Counted from the stretch's first letter, positions 27,243-36,916 are shown. The stretch: DNA of 64,000 nt from an uncultured Candidatus Saccharibacteria bacterium (GCA_964490365.1 CAZBAG010000001.1:129512-193511); one strand, 5' to 3'. Notes: a model not told the origin generated them from the letters alone. Numbers and translations: made by a program.

Positions 27243-27243
27243 G

Positions 27244-27269
27244 AAAAAGCCCCCTCTTTCGAAGGGGCT
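27244..27269. terminator. Hairpin (gcccc tctttcgaa ggggc)
   Basis: It separates tandem cassette genes 2 and 3. Confidence 0.5.
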
Positions 27270-27290
27270 GGGAGTGTGGGCGCCGTAAAT

Positions 27291-27680
27291 CTACGGATAC
27301 CCTTGAGCGGTGTCGTCTAGGGTCACGCGCATTGCGTTTACCGGTAACTTGTCCACGTAAAGACGCTGGCCATCGAAGCTAAGGCGACCCTGGGGGTCAG
27401 GAACGAAAATCGCTCGTTCACCTTGAAGACTTTTCTTTATACGAACAGTAAACGTATGTTCGCATGAGCCAACCCCAAAGTGCACTGAGGTCACTGCATT
27501 CATTGATCCCTCATACAAGAAGATGAGGCCTATCGCCCCGTCACGATCATCTTGGAAAAGATCGATTTTGGGAGAAAGGACTTTTTCCTCCGTCACTTCT
27601 TGCACTTCTTTTTGCGCTGATACTGGGGCTGTCCAAGATGGGAACAGCACCAGAAGGCTGAAAATCTTAAGGTACTTCAT
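27291..27680 (-). CDS. Small secreted protein (signal ...SWTAPVSAQ), GC-rich cassette gene 3 of 3
   Basis: The start is MKYLKIFSLLVLFPSWTAPVSAQ. G+C is elevated. It has its own promoter. Confidence 0.5.
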   Translation of the reverse strand: MKYLKIFSLLVLFPSWTAPVSAQKEVQEVTEEKVLSPKIDLFQDDRDGAIGLIFLYEGSMNAVTSVHFGVGSCEHTFTVRIKKSLQGERAIFVPDPQGRLSFDGQRLYVDKLPVNAMRVTLDDTAQGYP

Positions 27681-27700
27681 GGTATCTTGGGTTTGTATTA

Positions 27701-27729
27701 ATCGTAGCGAAAACAAGAAGGTGTGTCAA
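27701..27729 (-). promoter_or_regulatory. Sigma70-like promoter TTGACA-17nt-TACGAT
   Basis: The minus strand reads gTTGACAcaccttcttgttttcgcTACGAT, and the leader is taatacaaacccaagataccATG. Confidence 0.55.
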
Positions 27730-27732
27730 ACA

Positions 27733-27758
27733 AAAAATCCCCTCTTGGGGATTTTTTG
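27733..27758. terminator. Hairpin terminator (aaaaaatcccc tctt ggggatttttt) directly after the rplU stop
   Basis: A perfect stem flanked by A and T runs. Confidence 0.55.
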
Positions 27759-27759
27759 T

Positions 27760-28074
27760 TTAAGAGATTTTCGCAATCTTTACTTTGAAAAATGGTTGTC
27801 GGTGACCTCGTTTTTTAAAGTAGTTACTTTTTGCTTTGTATTTAATAACAGTAACTTTATCTTCTCGGTCAATTTTTTCTAGCTTACCTTCAACTTTATT
27901 TGATACCTTTGGAGTTCCCATAGTTGTTGAAGCTCCATCGTCAACTAAAAGCACATCGTCAAAAACGATTGTGTCGCCTTCTTTGTATTCTCCAGAAAGC
28001 TTTTCAATTTGGACAGATTGTCCTTCTGAGACCTTATATTGCTTTCCTCCTGTTCTAATTACTGCGAATTTCAT
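27760..28074 (-). CDS. rplU: 50S ribosomal protein L21
   Basis: MKFAVIRTGGKQYKV matches the L21 N-terminus. The expected rpmA (L27) gene does not follow it here. Confidence 0.8.
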   Translation of the reverse strand: MKFAVIRTGGKQYKVSEGQSVQIEKLSGEYKEGDTIVFDDVLLVDDGASTTMGTPKVSNKVEGKLEKIDREDKVTVIKYKAKSNYFKKRGHRQPFFKVKIAKIS

Positions 28075-28209
28075 AACAGGGACCATTCTAACCTATTTTA
28101 AGAAAAATGCAATACCCAGATATAAGAGCCCGCCAAAGGGGTGAGATATCCCCAAAAACCCATGGTTATAAGCCTTTATTTTATAAATATACGATATAAT
28201 TTGACTAAC

Positions 28210-29133
28210 ATGATTTCTAAATATAAGCATAAAAATATCACGTGGATTGATATTGAAAAACCGACGCGAAATGAGATTATTGAAATAACTCCAGACTATA
28301 AAATCCCTAAGGTTGCAAGCGAAGAACTCCTCACTGAAACACTCAAATCTAAGGTTGATTTTTACGAAAAAGAAGAGGTAATTTACTTGGTACTTCATTT
28401 CCCTTTCTTTGATAAAAAAGAAAAAATAGTTATAGAAAAAGAGATTGATTTTCTTATTGGAAAGAATTTTTTGATTACCACTCACTACCAAGAGATAGAT
28501 TCGTTCCACACATTTGGAAGAATTTTTGAAGATAGTAGTATTCTTGAAACAAACAAAATTGGAGAAAATCCTGGGTTTTTATTTGTCTACATTCTAAAAC
28601 AACTCTATAAAACACTCGACAATGAACTTGACGGCATCGGTGTGAACCTCGAGAAAATCGAAAGTGATATTTTTGACAGCAAAGAACGAGATGCCGTAAA
28701 CAGTATTTCATATGTAAACAGAAAAATTATTCGTTTTAAAAAGGCGCTCAGTTTCCATGGCGATATCATAAAATCAGTTGAACCAATTGGCGCCGAGATG
28801 TTTGGTAGTGGTTTTTCATTTAACATGAGCATGATTGTCAGTGAATACAACAAAGTAAACAGCACTGTTGCTTGGTATAAAGAAATCTTAAACGATATGC
28901 GTGACACCAACAACACACTTCTTACGACAAAAACAAATGAGACAATTAAAACACTTACGATCATCAACTTTATCATGTTGCCTATTGCTTTGATCACGCA
29001 AGTCTTTGGTATGAACGTAAATGATGAGATCGTTCTCATTCAAACATTGCCTGACTTTTTTGTAGTTATTGGCACGATGATCCTCACGGGCCTCATTATG
29101 TTTGTGTATTTCAAAGGTAAGAAATGGCTGTAG
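28210..29133 (+). CDS. corA: Magnesium/cobalt transporter CorA
   Basis: The C-terminal TM pair carries the GMN signature (QVFGMNV). Confidence 0.8.
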   Translation: MISKYKHKNITWIDIEKPTRNEIIEITPDYKIPKVASEELLTETLKSKVDFYEKEEVIYLVLHFPFFDKKEKIVIEKEIDFLIGKNFLITTHYQEIDSFHTFGRIFEDSSILETNKIGENPGFLFVYILKQLYKTLDNELDGIGVNLEKIESDIFDSKERDAVNSISYVNRKIIRFKKALSFHGDIIKSVEPIGAEMFGSGFSFNMSMIVSEYNKVNSTVAWYKEILNDMRDTNNTLLTTKTNETIKTLTIINFIMLPIALITQVFGMNVNDEIVLIQTLPDFFVVIGTMILTGLIMFVYFKGKKWL

Positions 29134-29148
29134 TGAACAAACCTATAT

Positions 29149-30498
29149 ATGTTGAAACTTTTTAATTCCCTCACGAAAAAAGAAGAGATTTTTAAACCAA
29201 TTAAGCAGGGTCATGTTGGGCTCTATTCTTGTGGACCAACAGTCTACAACTATCCACATATTGGAAACTATCGAGCGTTTATCTTTGCTGACATACTTAA
29301 ACGATATTTTGAATACTCTGGATACGACGTGATGCATATCATGAATATCACCGATGTGGATGACAAAACTATTCGTGACTCAAACGCTCGTGGAGAAAGC
29401 TTGCTCGACTTCACAGAACACTACACAAAAGAATTTAACAAAGAGCTTGGGAAATTAAATATCAAACCCGTAACAAAACAACCAAAAGCAACCGACCACA
29501 TTAAGGAAATGGTTGCTATGACAGAAGAACTTCTTAGGAAAGATATTGCGTACAAAGGAGACGACGGCTCTATTTATTTTGATATTGCAGAATATAAAGA
29601 CTACGGAAAACTTTCTGGACTTGATCTGAAAGCTATCCAACAACACTCACAAAGTCGAATCAAAAAAGACGAATACGACAAAGAACATGCTGAAGATTTC
29701 GCACTTTGGAAAGCATGGGACGAGAGTGATGGTGACGTGTATTGGGACACACCACTTGGTCGTGGACGACCTGGTTGGCATATTGAATGTTCAGCGATGT
29801 CAACAAAATATTTAGGAAATCATTTTGATGTACACACTGGCGGAGTTGACCTCACCTTCCCTCACCATGAAAACGAAATTGCTCAGTCTGAATGTGCCTC
29901 AGGCGAACATTTTGTAAACTACTGGCTTCACAACGAGCATCTTCTTATTAATGGTAAAAAAATGTCGAAGTCGTTAAAAAATGATTACCGATTAAGTGAC
30001 CTTGAAGAACGAGGCTTTTCGGGAATTGACTATCGATACTGGCTTCTTCAAGCAAACTACCGAACGATTGTGAACTTTACGTGGGAAGGACTCGAATCTG
30101 CAAAATCAGCACTCAAAAAGCTAAAAGTGTTTGTGCTTTCTCTGGATCATCAGGGTTCTATCGCCCATACATATAAAAAAGATTTTGAGGAAGCAATGAA
30201 TGACAATCTTAACACTAGTGAAGCATTGGGCGTGCTTTGGAAACTTGTAAAAGATGAAACTGTTTCAAACGCTGATAAAAAAGCAACGCTCCTTCATTTT
30301 GACGAAGTGTTTGGACTTGGTATGAAGCACTGGAAAAAAGATGAAATTCCTGCAGAAATAATCAAGCTCGTACAAGACCGCGAACATGCACGCAAAGCAA
30401 AAGACTGGAGCGCCGGAGACCACGCACGAAGTGTTATCCAAAACCTAGGATACGATATAAAAGATACACCAGAAGGAACAGAGATTTTTAAGTTATAA
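29149..30498 (+). CDS. cysS: Cysteinyl-tRNA synthetase
   Basis: LYSCGPTVYNYPHIGNYRAF contains the HIGH motif, and KMSKS is present. Confidence 0.9.
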   Translation: MLKLFNSLTKKEEIFKPIKQGHVGLYSCGPTVYNYPHIGNYRAFIFADILKRYFEYSGYDVMHIMNITDVDDKTIRDSNARGESLLDFTEHYTKEFNKELGKLNIKPVTKQPKATDHIKEMVAMTEELLRKDIAYKGDDGSIYFDIAEYKDYGKLSGLDLKAIQQHSQSRIKKDEYDKEHAEDFALWKAWDESDGDVYWDTPLGRGRPGWHIECSAMSTKYLGNHFDVHTGGVDLTFPHHENEIAQSECASGEHFVNYWLHNEHLLINGKKMSKSLKNDYRLSDLEERGFSGIDYRYWLLQANYRTIVNFTWEGLESAKSALKKLKVFVLSLDHQGSIAHTYKKDFEEAMNDNLNTSEALGVLWKLVKDETVSNADKKATLLHFDEVFGLGMKHWKKDEIPAEIIKLVQDREHARKAKDWSAGDHARSVIQNLGYDIKDTPEGTEIFKL

Positions 30499-30504
30499 AC
30501 GTAT

Positions 30505-31173
30505 ATGAAGCACAGAGATAAAATTATCTTAATCATCGAGGATATTTTAGCGCTCATAACGCTTATTTCTCTTATAGTAATAGCTTTTGAAACCATTCCA
30601 AGTGCAAAAGAATACTTACCACTCTTTCAAACTATCGAATACATTGTCGTTGCCATCTTTACCCTAGAATACATAACCAGAATCATGACGGCAAAAAACC
30701 CGTTTGCCTACATATTTAGTTTCTATGGAGTTGTCGATCTTATTTCTGTTTTACCAACACTCGTTGGTGCGGGCGGATTTGTATACCTCAAATCACTTCG
30801 TATTATCCGAATATCACGGTCACTCCGAATGCTTCGAGTATTTAAATTTGCAGAAGTAGCAGACGACATCAACGCACGAGAAAAAAAGGAACGAGAGATT
30901 GGATTTTTCTTCTACCTACAATCACTTGTTATTTTTACCGTCATTTTTGGAGTACTCATGTATATCGTTGAATTCAACCACTACGCTCTTATAACACTTC
31001 CCGACAGCTTGCTGTGGGCTCTAACACTTCTTGTGGGGATGACACCGGTTATAGAGCCGACCATGCTCGTAGGCGAAGCAATTAAAATTGGAGCCATGGT
31101 TGCCGGCTTTATGTTGTTTGGAGTTTTGGTGTATATTGTTAGAAACGTTATAGCAAACAAATTTACACGATAA
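30505..31173 (+). CDS. Minimal voltage-sensor-containing ion channel-like protein (about 6 TM, 222 aa)
   Basis: An S4-like helix LKSLRIIRISRSLRMLRVFK has Arg at every third position. A pore-helix-like segment and a final TM follow. The filter-like sequence TLLVGMT is not a canonical TxGYG. Confidence 0.55.
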   Translation: MKHRDKIILIIEDILALITLISLIVIAFETIPSAKEYLPLFQTIEYIVVAIFTLEYITRIMTAKNPFAYIFSFYGVVDLISVLPTLVGAGGFVYLKSLRIIRISRSLRMLRVFKFAEVADDINAREKKEREIGFFFYLQSLVIFTVIFGVLMYIVEFNHYALITLPDSLLWALTLLVGMTPVIEPTMLVGEAIKIGAMVAGFMLFGVLVYIVRNVIANKFTR

Positions 31174-31183
31174 CTTAACTACT

Positions 31184-31552
31184 ATGGAACAATCACCACA
31201 CATACCAAATGAACTTGAGCAAAAAATACTTTCTACAAAAGAACTACTTACCTTTGAGGAATTTTGTGGCAACAGGTCTGCCGATCTAACAGTAGTAAGT
31301 GGTTTTTATGGTTTGTTTATTAAAGAATCAATGATGTCTGACATTATTCGTGGGCAAGATTTCTTTGTACGATTTCAGAATGAAAATAAAGAACTTGAAG
31401 CATCCCTCACCAAAAGAATTTCAGAGTGGTCAGAAAATGAGAATAAGAGCACAAACGCTATACCAGAAGATATGCTCGAAGATCTCTACAAAGCATATAC
31501 AATTATGCTTGCCTACGATGAAGTAACAACAAACAGTGATCTACTGAAATAA
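31184..31552 (+). CDS. Hypothetical protein
   Basis: 122 aa; no recognised domain. Confidence 0.4.
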   Translation: MEQSPHIPNELEQKILSTKELLTFEEFCGNRSADLTVVSGFYGLFIKESMMSDIIRGQDFFVRFQNENKELEASLTKRISEWSENENKSTNAIPEDMLEDLYKAYTIMLAYDEVTTNSDLLK

Positions 31553-31579
31553 AAGCCTCGCATATGTGAGGCTTTTATT
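31552..31579. terminator. Hairpin terminator (aaaagcctcgcatatgtgaggctttt) shared by two convergent genes
   Basis: A perfect inverted repeat followed by a T-run. Confidence 0.5.
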
Positions 31580-32464
31580 TTATAGTCCACTTTCTTTTAG
31601 TTGTTCAATAAGTTTCTTTTGCTCTTTGTTTAATTTTTCTGGAATATCAAGATGCACAATAATGATAAGATCTCCTTTGTGAAATGCTCCACCCGGCACA
31701 CCTTTTCCGCGCACACGAAGCATTTGTCCATGATTAATTCCCTTTGGGATTTTTACACCGACTTTTCCATCAACAGTATCTACGTCATAGGTTGCACCTA
31801 AAATACTGTCTGTGAGCTTTATCGACAAATCAGTAATCAAATTCATGCCCTCTTTACGGAGCGTTTTGTGTTTTTCAACAGACACTCTGATAAGCAAATC
31901 CCCTGCTTGTCCATCTTCTACTGGTTCACCATAACCTTGGACTTTCAAACTTTGACCATGTTCAATACCGGGTGGAAAATTTATTTCAATTTCCTTCTTT
32001 TGCTTATACATTGCACTTTCTGTCGGCACGCTAAACTTTTCAGTGAATCCTAGAATAGATTCTTTGAATGTTATATTTGTAGTGAGAGTAATATTTCTCC
32101 CTTTTCGTATTCGCTGACCAAAAGGGTTGAACCCGCCACTACCAGTGAATGCTCCAAAAATGTCGTTGAGGTCAAATTCAAAATCTCCGCCTTGTCCACC
32201 AAAACCAGAGAAGTCGAAACCGCCAAAGCCTTGCCCTCCTTGGCCACCAAAGTTTGGTCCAGCACTTCCAAAACGATCGTATTGAGCACGCTTTGTGTCG
32301 TCAGAGAGCGTTTGGTAGGCTTCGTTTATTTCCTTGAACTTAGCTTCGTCTCCTGTCTTTTTATCTGGGTGATGTTCATGTGCAAGTTTACGAAAAGCCT
32401 TTTTAAGCTCGTCTTTTGACGCACCTTTTTCAACTCCTAGAATTTTGTAATAGTCTTTTGACAT
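31580..32464 (-). CDS. dnaJ: DnaJ-family co-chaperone, type II (J-domain + G/F region + C-terminal domains; no Cys-rich zinc finger)
   Basis: The J-domain contains HPDK. A Gly/Phe-rich linker follows. CxxCxGxG repeats are absent. Confidence 0.75.
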   Translation of the reverse strand: MSKDYYKILGVEKGASKDELKKAFRKLAHEHHPDKKTGDEAKFKEINEAYQTLSDDTKRAQYDRFGSAGPNFGGQGGQGFGGFDFSGFGGQGGDFEFDLNDIFGAFTGSGGFNPFGQRIRKGRNITLTTNITFKESILGFTEKFSVPTESAMYKQKKEIEINFPPGIEHGQSLKVQGYGEPVEDGQAGDLLIRVSVEKHKTLRKEGMNLITDLSIKLTDSILGATYDVDTVDGKVGVKIPKGINHGQMLRVRGKGVPGGAFHKGDLIIIVHLDIPEKLNKEQKKLIEQLKESGL

Positions 32465-32486
32465 TTTTTAATCTATAATTTTACCC

Positions 32487-32750
32487 ATGGAACACACACT
32501 AGGGACAATACTTTTAATTGCAAGTTTGGGTGTGGTTTTTATTGCTTTCCCTTCTCAAATTTATAAGAACTGGAAAACAAAAAGTTTTGGGATATCTCTT
32601 ACACTGGTTGGTTTTGGTATTTTAATTTACTTAACCAGAATTCCTTACACCTTTCTCAGATCAGATTATTATATCTTAATCCCAGACATTATTGGATTGA
32701 TACTGCATATAATTTTAATCTATCAATTTTTCTTATACCGAAACAAATAG
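32487..32750 (+). CDS. Small membrane protein
   Basis: Three predicted TM helices; 87 aa. Confidence 0.4.
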   Translation: MEHTLGTILLIASLGVVFIAFPSQIYKNWKTKSFGISLTLVGFGILIYLTRIPYTFLRSDYYILIPDIIGLILHIILIYQFFLYRNK

Positions 32751-32938
32751 TTTTCGACCCTACACGAGAACACCGTTTCAAAAATACTAGTATGTTGCTT
32801 TAGAAAATGATGCTGTTTGAGGAAAGTAATGACTTTCCAAGTTCATAATTTTCTCAGCTAAACATTTAGTATTTTTAGGTGTGGAGTGTGGGTCTAGAGT
32901 TTTTGTTACTTTTTTGTCATGAAAAAAGTAAATTAAAA

Positions 32939-34825
32939 CTATTTATTTTCTACCTCAGCATCAATAGTACCATCTTTATTCTCTTGCGCAGCAGATGCTG
33001 GATTAGCTTCGGCTGATTTTGCCATCGCTTCGTGAATCTTTTGCATTTCTGTTGCAAGTTCTTCTGATGCAGATTTAATCGCTGCTCCACCATCAGTGTG
33101 TTCTGGAAGCTCTTTTACAGACTTTAATTTAGCAACCTTTTCCTCTACAGATTTCTTCACATCTTCTGGAACTTTTCCTTCTGAATCTTTGATTGCTTTC
33201 TCAGCAGTAAACAGTGTCATCTCAGCATTGTTTTTAATATCAGCTAGATCTTTCTTTTGCTTGTCTGTTTCTGCATTTAACTCTGCGTCTTTTTGCATTT
33301 TCTTAATCTCTTCATCGGTAAGACCAGAAGACGCTTCAATACGAATTGATTGTTCTTTTCCGGACGTCTTATCTTTTGCTTTTACATTTAAGATTCCGTT
33401 TGCGTCGATATCAAACGTTACCTCAACTTGTGGCACACCTCGTGGTGCAGGTGGAATTCCTTCCAAGACAAATCGTCCGAGAGATTTGTTGTCTCCTGCC
33501 ATCGGCCTCTCACCTTGCACGATATGAATTTCCGTTGATGTTTGATTATCTGCTGCTGTTGAGAAGACTTGAGACTTACTCGCTGGAATAGTCGTATTCT
33601 TTTCGATAAGTTTTGTTGCTACACCACCGAGTGTTTCAATACCAAGAGACAATGGGATAACGTCGAGAAGAAGTACGTCTTTCACATCTCCTTGAAGTAC
33701 TCCTCCTTGAATCGCAGCACCAAGCGCCACCACTTCGTCTGGGTTCACTGAAAGGTTTGCTTTTTTGCCAAAGAATTTTTCTACCGCTTCTTGCATTGCT
33801 GGCATACGAGTTTGTCCCCCAACCAAAATCACTTCATTGATTTCGTTAATCTTAAATGGAGACGCTTCTACGGCTCGCTTGGTAATCATAAGAGCTCGGT
33901 CGATAAACTCACGAGTGATCTCTTCAAGTTCTGCTCGCTTCATAGTGCGAACAAGGTGCAGTGGTCCTGCTTCGCCAGACGTTACGAATGGAATATTGAT
34001 TTCTGATTGAATAGCTGTTGAAAGCTCAATTTTTGCTTTTTCTGCAGCGTCGTCGAGACGTTGTTTTGCCAGGGCATCTTTTCGTAGATCAATACCATTT
34101 TCTTGTTGGAAACCATCCGCCAACCAATCCATGATCTTTTGGTCGATATCTTTACCTCCCAAGTGAGCATCTCCGTCTGTTGATTTTACTTCAATAGTAT
34201 CTTCAGAAACTTCAAGAATAGAAACGTCAAAGGTTCCACCTCCGAAGTCGAAAACTGCAACTTTTTCATCTTTCTTTTTGTTAAATCCGTATGCAAGAGC
34301 TGCTGCTGTTGGTTCGTTAATGATTCGTTTTACATCAAGACCTGCTATTTTACCTGCGTCTTTTGTTGCTTGTCGTTGCGCGTCGTTGAAATACGCTGGC
34401 ACGGTGATGACCGCTTCGGTTACTTTCGCACCAATTTTCGCTTCTACGTCAGCTTTAATCTTTTGCAAGATCATTGCAGAGATTTCCTCTGGTCGCTTCC
34501 AGTCTTCACCGAGTTTTACTTCAATACCACCGTTAGCACCTTTTCGAGTTTCAAATGGCACTGCTTTGATATCTTTTTGCACTTCTGGTTCGTCGAAGTT
34601 GTGACCAATGAATCGTTTGATTTGATAAATGGTGTTTTTTGGATTGGTGATTGATTGTCGTTTTGCGGTAACACCCACCATAATGTCTCCATTCTTCGCA
34701 AGCGCAAGAATGGAAGGCGTTGTTCGCATACCTTCTGCGTTTTCAATAATCTTTGGTTGACCACCTTCGATGATGGCAACCGCTGAGTTTGTTGTTCCAA
34801 GATCAATACCTATAATTTTACTCAT
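32939..34825 (-). CDS. dnaK: Chaperone protein DnaK (Hsp70)
   Basis: [21 protein letters not shown] and the full Hsp70 architecture; 628 aa. Confidence 0.95.
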   Translation of the reverse strand: MSKIIGIDLGTTNSAVAIIEGGQPKIIENAEGMRTTPSILALAKNGDIMVGVTAKRQSITNPKNTIYQIKRFIGHNFDEPEVQKDIKAVPFETRKGANGGIEVKLGEDWKRPEEISAMILQKIKADVEAKIGAKVTEAVITVPAYFNDAQRQATKDAGKIAGLDVKRIINEPTAAALAYGFNKKKDEKVAVFDFGGGTFDVSILEVSEDTIEVKSTDGDAHLGGKDIDQKIMDWLADGFQQENGIDLRKDALAKQRLDDAAEKAKIELSTAIQSEINIPFVTSGEAGPLHLVRTMKRAELEEITREFIDRALMITKRAVEASPFKINEINEVILVGGQTRMPAMQEAVEKFFGKKANLSVNPDEVVALGAAIQGGVLQGDVKDVLLLDVIPLSLGIETLGGVATKLIEKNTTIPASKSQVFSTAADNQTSTEIHIVQGERPMAGDNKSLGRFVLEGIPPAPRGVPQVEVTFDIDANGILNVKAKDKTSGKEQSIRIEASSGLTDEEIKKMQKDAELNAETDKQKKDLADIKNNAEMTLFTAEKAIKDSEGKVPEDVKKSVEEKVAKLKSVKELPEHTDGGAAIKSASEELATEMQKIHEAMAKSAEANPASAAQENKDGTIDAEVENK

Positions 34826-34877
34826 ATAAATTTAAATTGTTATTTAATAATGTTTTGAAATACTCCAATTATATTTT

Positions 34878-34965
34878 CTAGCGAGAACGCAGGAAAATTT
34901 ATTTTCATGATGTCCGAGTGACGAAAATATATGAGACGAACGCAGTGAGTGCTCTTATTTTAGAC
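34878..34965. repeat. Intergenic repeat element, copy 2 (upstream of dnaK); matches 12705..12795
   Basis: About 85% identity over the ATGATGTCCGAGTGACG...GAGTGCTCTTAT core, plus the shared tattttctagcgag edge. Confidence 0.5.
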
Positions 34966-35003
34966 ATATATTTTTTATTATTACTTTATAGTTTTTAAAT
35001 ATT

Positions 35004-35234
35004 TTATTTAATAAAAACTGACACAATTGTTGCAACTACTTGTGCCACCCCAACAAAGACCAAAGCACGGGTTAGCCTTCTCATCGCCAAAGAACCCTTA
35101 TCTGCAGAAGCAATCGCACCTCTTGTTATATTTGTGTAATCTTTTAATTGATAACCGAGTGTCTTCATTTCATCTGCAATTCTATTAAAACTTAAGTTGT
35201 GCATGATTGCCCGGTCGTCTTCTTTTGTAAACAT
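35004..35234 (-). CDS. Small hypothetical protein with a C-terminal TM helix, located between grpE and dnaK
   Basis: 76 aa, native composition, no recognised family. Confidence 0.35.
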   Translation of the reverse strand: MFTKEDDRAIMHNLSFNRIADEMKTLGYQLKDYTNITRGAIASADKGSLAMRRLTRALVFVGVAQVVATIVSVFIK

Positions 35235-35245
35235 ATATTTTATCT

Positions 35246-35818
35246 TTACTTAGTAATAAATATCTTTACTTTTGCTGGACGGATAACACTTTTCGCACCC
35301 TTGTATCCTTTTTGGATAACTTCAGAAACGCTGTGGTCTTTACTTGTATCGTCTGTTGCTATTTCTTCTACTGCCGTGTGAATATCTGGATTAAACTTTT
35401 CTCCCACTTTACCTATAACCTCTATTTGGTTATTCGCAAGAATACTTGTAAGTTGGATATAAATATATTCGATACCTTTCCGCCAGTTTTCATTTACCGA
35501 TTCCCACGTCTCTTTGTTCTTCATCGCCATATCAAACGAATCAAGCACCGGCAGCAATTCTTCTATGAAGCCTTCGAGAACATATCCTTTCAATTCTTTT
35601 ACTTGTTCTCCTGAATCTTTTTTTAGGTTTGCATAGTCAGCGAGAGCGCGTTGCCAACCGTCCATATGTTCAGCTGCTTTCTTTTGAGTTTGTTTAAGCT
35701 CTTCTTTAAGCTTCTTGAGTTTATCTTTTTCTGTGGCGCCAAATTCTTCAAACTCTACGTCAGCATCTTCATCGTGCTCTAGCAATACTTCGTCTTCATT
35801 GTTATCACTTTTTATCAT
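35246..35818 (-). CDS. grpE: Nucleotide exchange factor GrpE
   Basis: An acidic N-terminus, a coiled coil and a C-terminal beta domain; 190 aa; upstream of dnaK. Confidence 0.85.
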   Translation of the reverse strand: MIKSDNNEDEVLLEHDEDADVEFEEFGATEKDKLKKLKEELKQTQKKAAEHMDGWQRALADYANLKKDSGEQVKELKGYVLEGFIEELLPVLDSFDMAMKNKETWESVNENWRKGIEYIYIQLTSILANNQIEVIGKVGEKFNPDIHTAVEEIATDDTSKDHSVSEVIQKGYKGAKSVIRPAKVKIFITK

Positions 35819-35883
35819 AGATTTTCTTCGCTTTCGCGTGATTAATTAAATTTATAACTTGATTATATAAACTTATTTAAATT

Positions 35884-35919
35884 TTGACAAGTTTTTTATG
35901 CTCGTAAAATACTTGTCAA
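35884..35919. promoter_or_regulatory. Perfect 9-bp inverted repeat TTGACAAGT-N18-ACTTGTCAA in the divergent grpE / PaaX-like intergenic region (operator and/or overlapping -35 boxes)
   Basis: ttgacaagt at 35884-35892 and acttgtcaa at 35911-35919. A third half-site, attgtcaat, lies just before the 35944 start codon. Confidence 0.45.
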
Positions 35920-35943
35920 ATATTATAAGAATCTGCTAAAATA

Positions 35944-36474
35944 TTGTCAATGGCGAAAGTAAACAAAATCCAAGAAAAAATCCTTGAATTCCTAAACGGC
36001 AAAAAAGCCTCAGAAAAGAGTGTTTTATTTGAAGGCGTAGAAAGTACTGAGAACAGCAAGTACGCCCTTTCTAGGACGCTTAAAGGCCTTAAAGAGGGTG
36101 GTTTAGTGGAGGAAATAGAAACAGAACGATCGGCTTTCTACAAAATAACCCCTGAGGGACGAAACAAGCTCAGAAATATCCGCCTGTCTTCCCCAACAAG
36201 CTTGGTGTCTACAAACTGGGATGGTTTTTGGAGAATCGTGATCCTCGACCTTCCAGAAGATCGAAAAAGTGAAAGAAATTCCCTGCGCTATATTTTAAAA
36301 AAGGCGGGGTTTGTGTGTCTCAAAAATTCAGTTTGGTTTTCACCTTACCCGCTCGAACATTTGTTTATGAATATTAAAAAAGATATGGGACTCGGTGATG
36401 AATTGATTATTCTTGTCACACAATATATCGACCCAATTTCTGAAGAAAAGCTATTAGAGGTTTTTAAAGGGTAG
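35944..36474 (+). CDS. PaaX-like winged-helix transcriptional regulator
   Basis: An N-terminal wHTH plus a conserved WDGFW-containing C-terminal region, as in PaaX-family repressors. It is transcribed divergently from grpE. Confidence 0.5.
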   Translation: MSMAKVNKIQEKILEFLNGKKASEKSVLFEGVESTENSKYALSRTLKGLKEGGLVEEIETERSAFYKITPEGRNKLRNIRLSSPTSLVSTNWDGFWRIVILDLPEDRKSERNSLRYILKKAGFVCLKNSVWFSPYPLEHLFMNIKKDMGLGDELIILVTQYIDPISEEKLLEVFKG

Positions 36475-36916
36475 ATCTTTGAATAAGCTTAGATTGAATC
36501 CAATCTCTTAGATCACTTTTCACATTTTCAAAATCGGTGGCGTTAGACATCGCTACTTCAAGAGCTTTATTTGTAAGTTCATTTGCTGTTACATTCATTT
36601 CCATATCATTAATAATTAAAAAGAAAAGGAGAAAGGCAACAGATAATCTTTTATTTCCATTAGGGAATATATGACCTTTATTAATCTCATAAAATATAAA
36701 AGCTGCTTTATCTGATAATGTTGGATATAAATCTAAACCATCAAATTGAACTTTGGGCATTTCAATGACATTTTTTATTTTTGATTTATCAATTATTTTG
36801 TATGGTTCTATTGGCTCACCAATATCTAAAAACCTGTCGTAAAAGACATTGTAAATAACCCTAGCATTTTCCATGCTTATGTAATTAATTTGAGAGGATT
36901 TTTTCTCCTCGATCAT
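36464..36916 (-). CDS. doc: Doc/Fic-family toxin (death-on-curing)
   Basis: The Fic/Doc motif HxFx(D/N)GNKR is present as KGHIFPNGNKR; 150 aa. Confidence 0.75.
   Translation of the reverse strand: MIEEKKSSQINYISMENARVIYNVFYDRFLDIGEPIEPYKIIDKSKIKNVIEMPKVQFDGLDLYPTLSDKAAFIFYEINKGHIFPNGNKRLSVAFLLFFLIINDMEMNVTANELTNKALEVAMSNATDFENVKSDLRDWIQSKLIQRSTL

Noticed and set aside
34878-34965. CIRCE/HrcA operator upstream of dnaK
   Set aside because: The element contains GAGTGCTC but lacks the TTAGCACTC-N9-GAGTGCTAA inverted repeat. It is reported only as an unknown conserved repeat.
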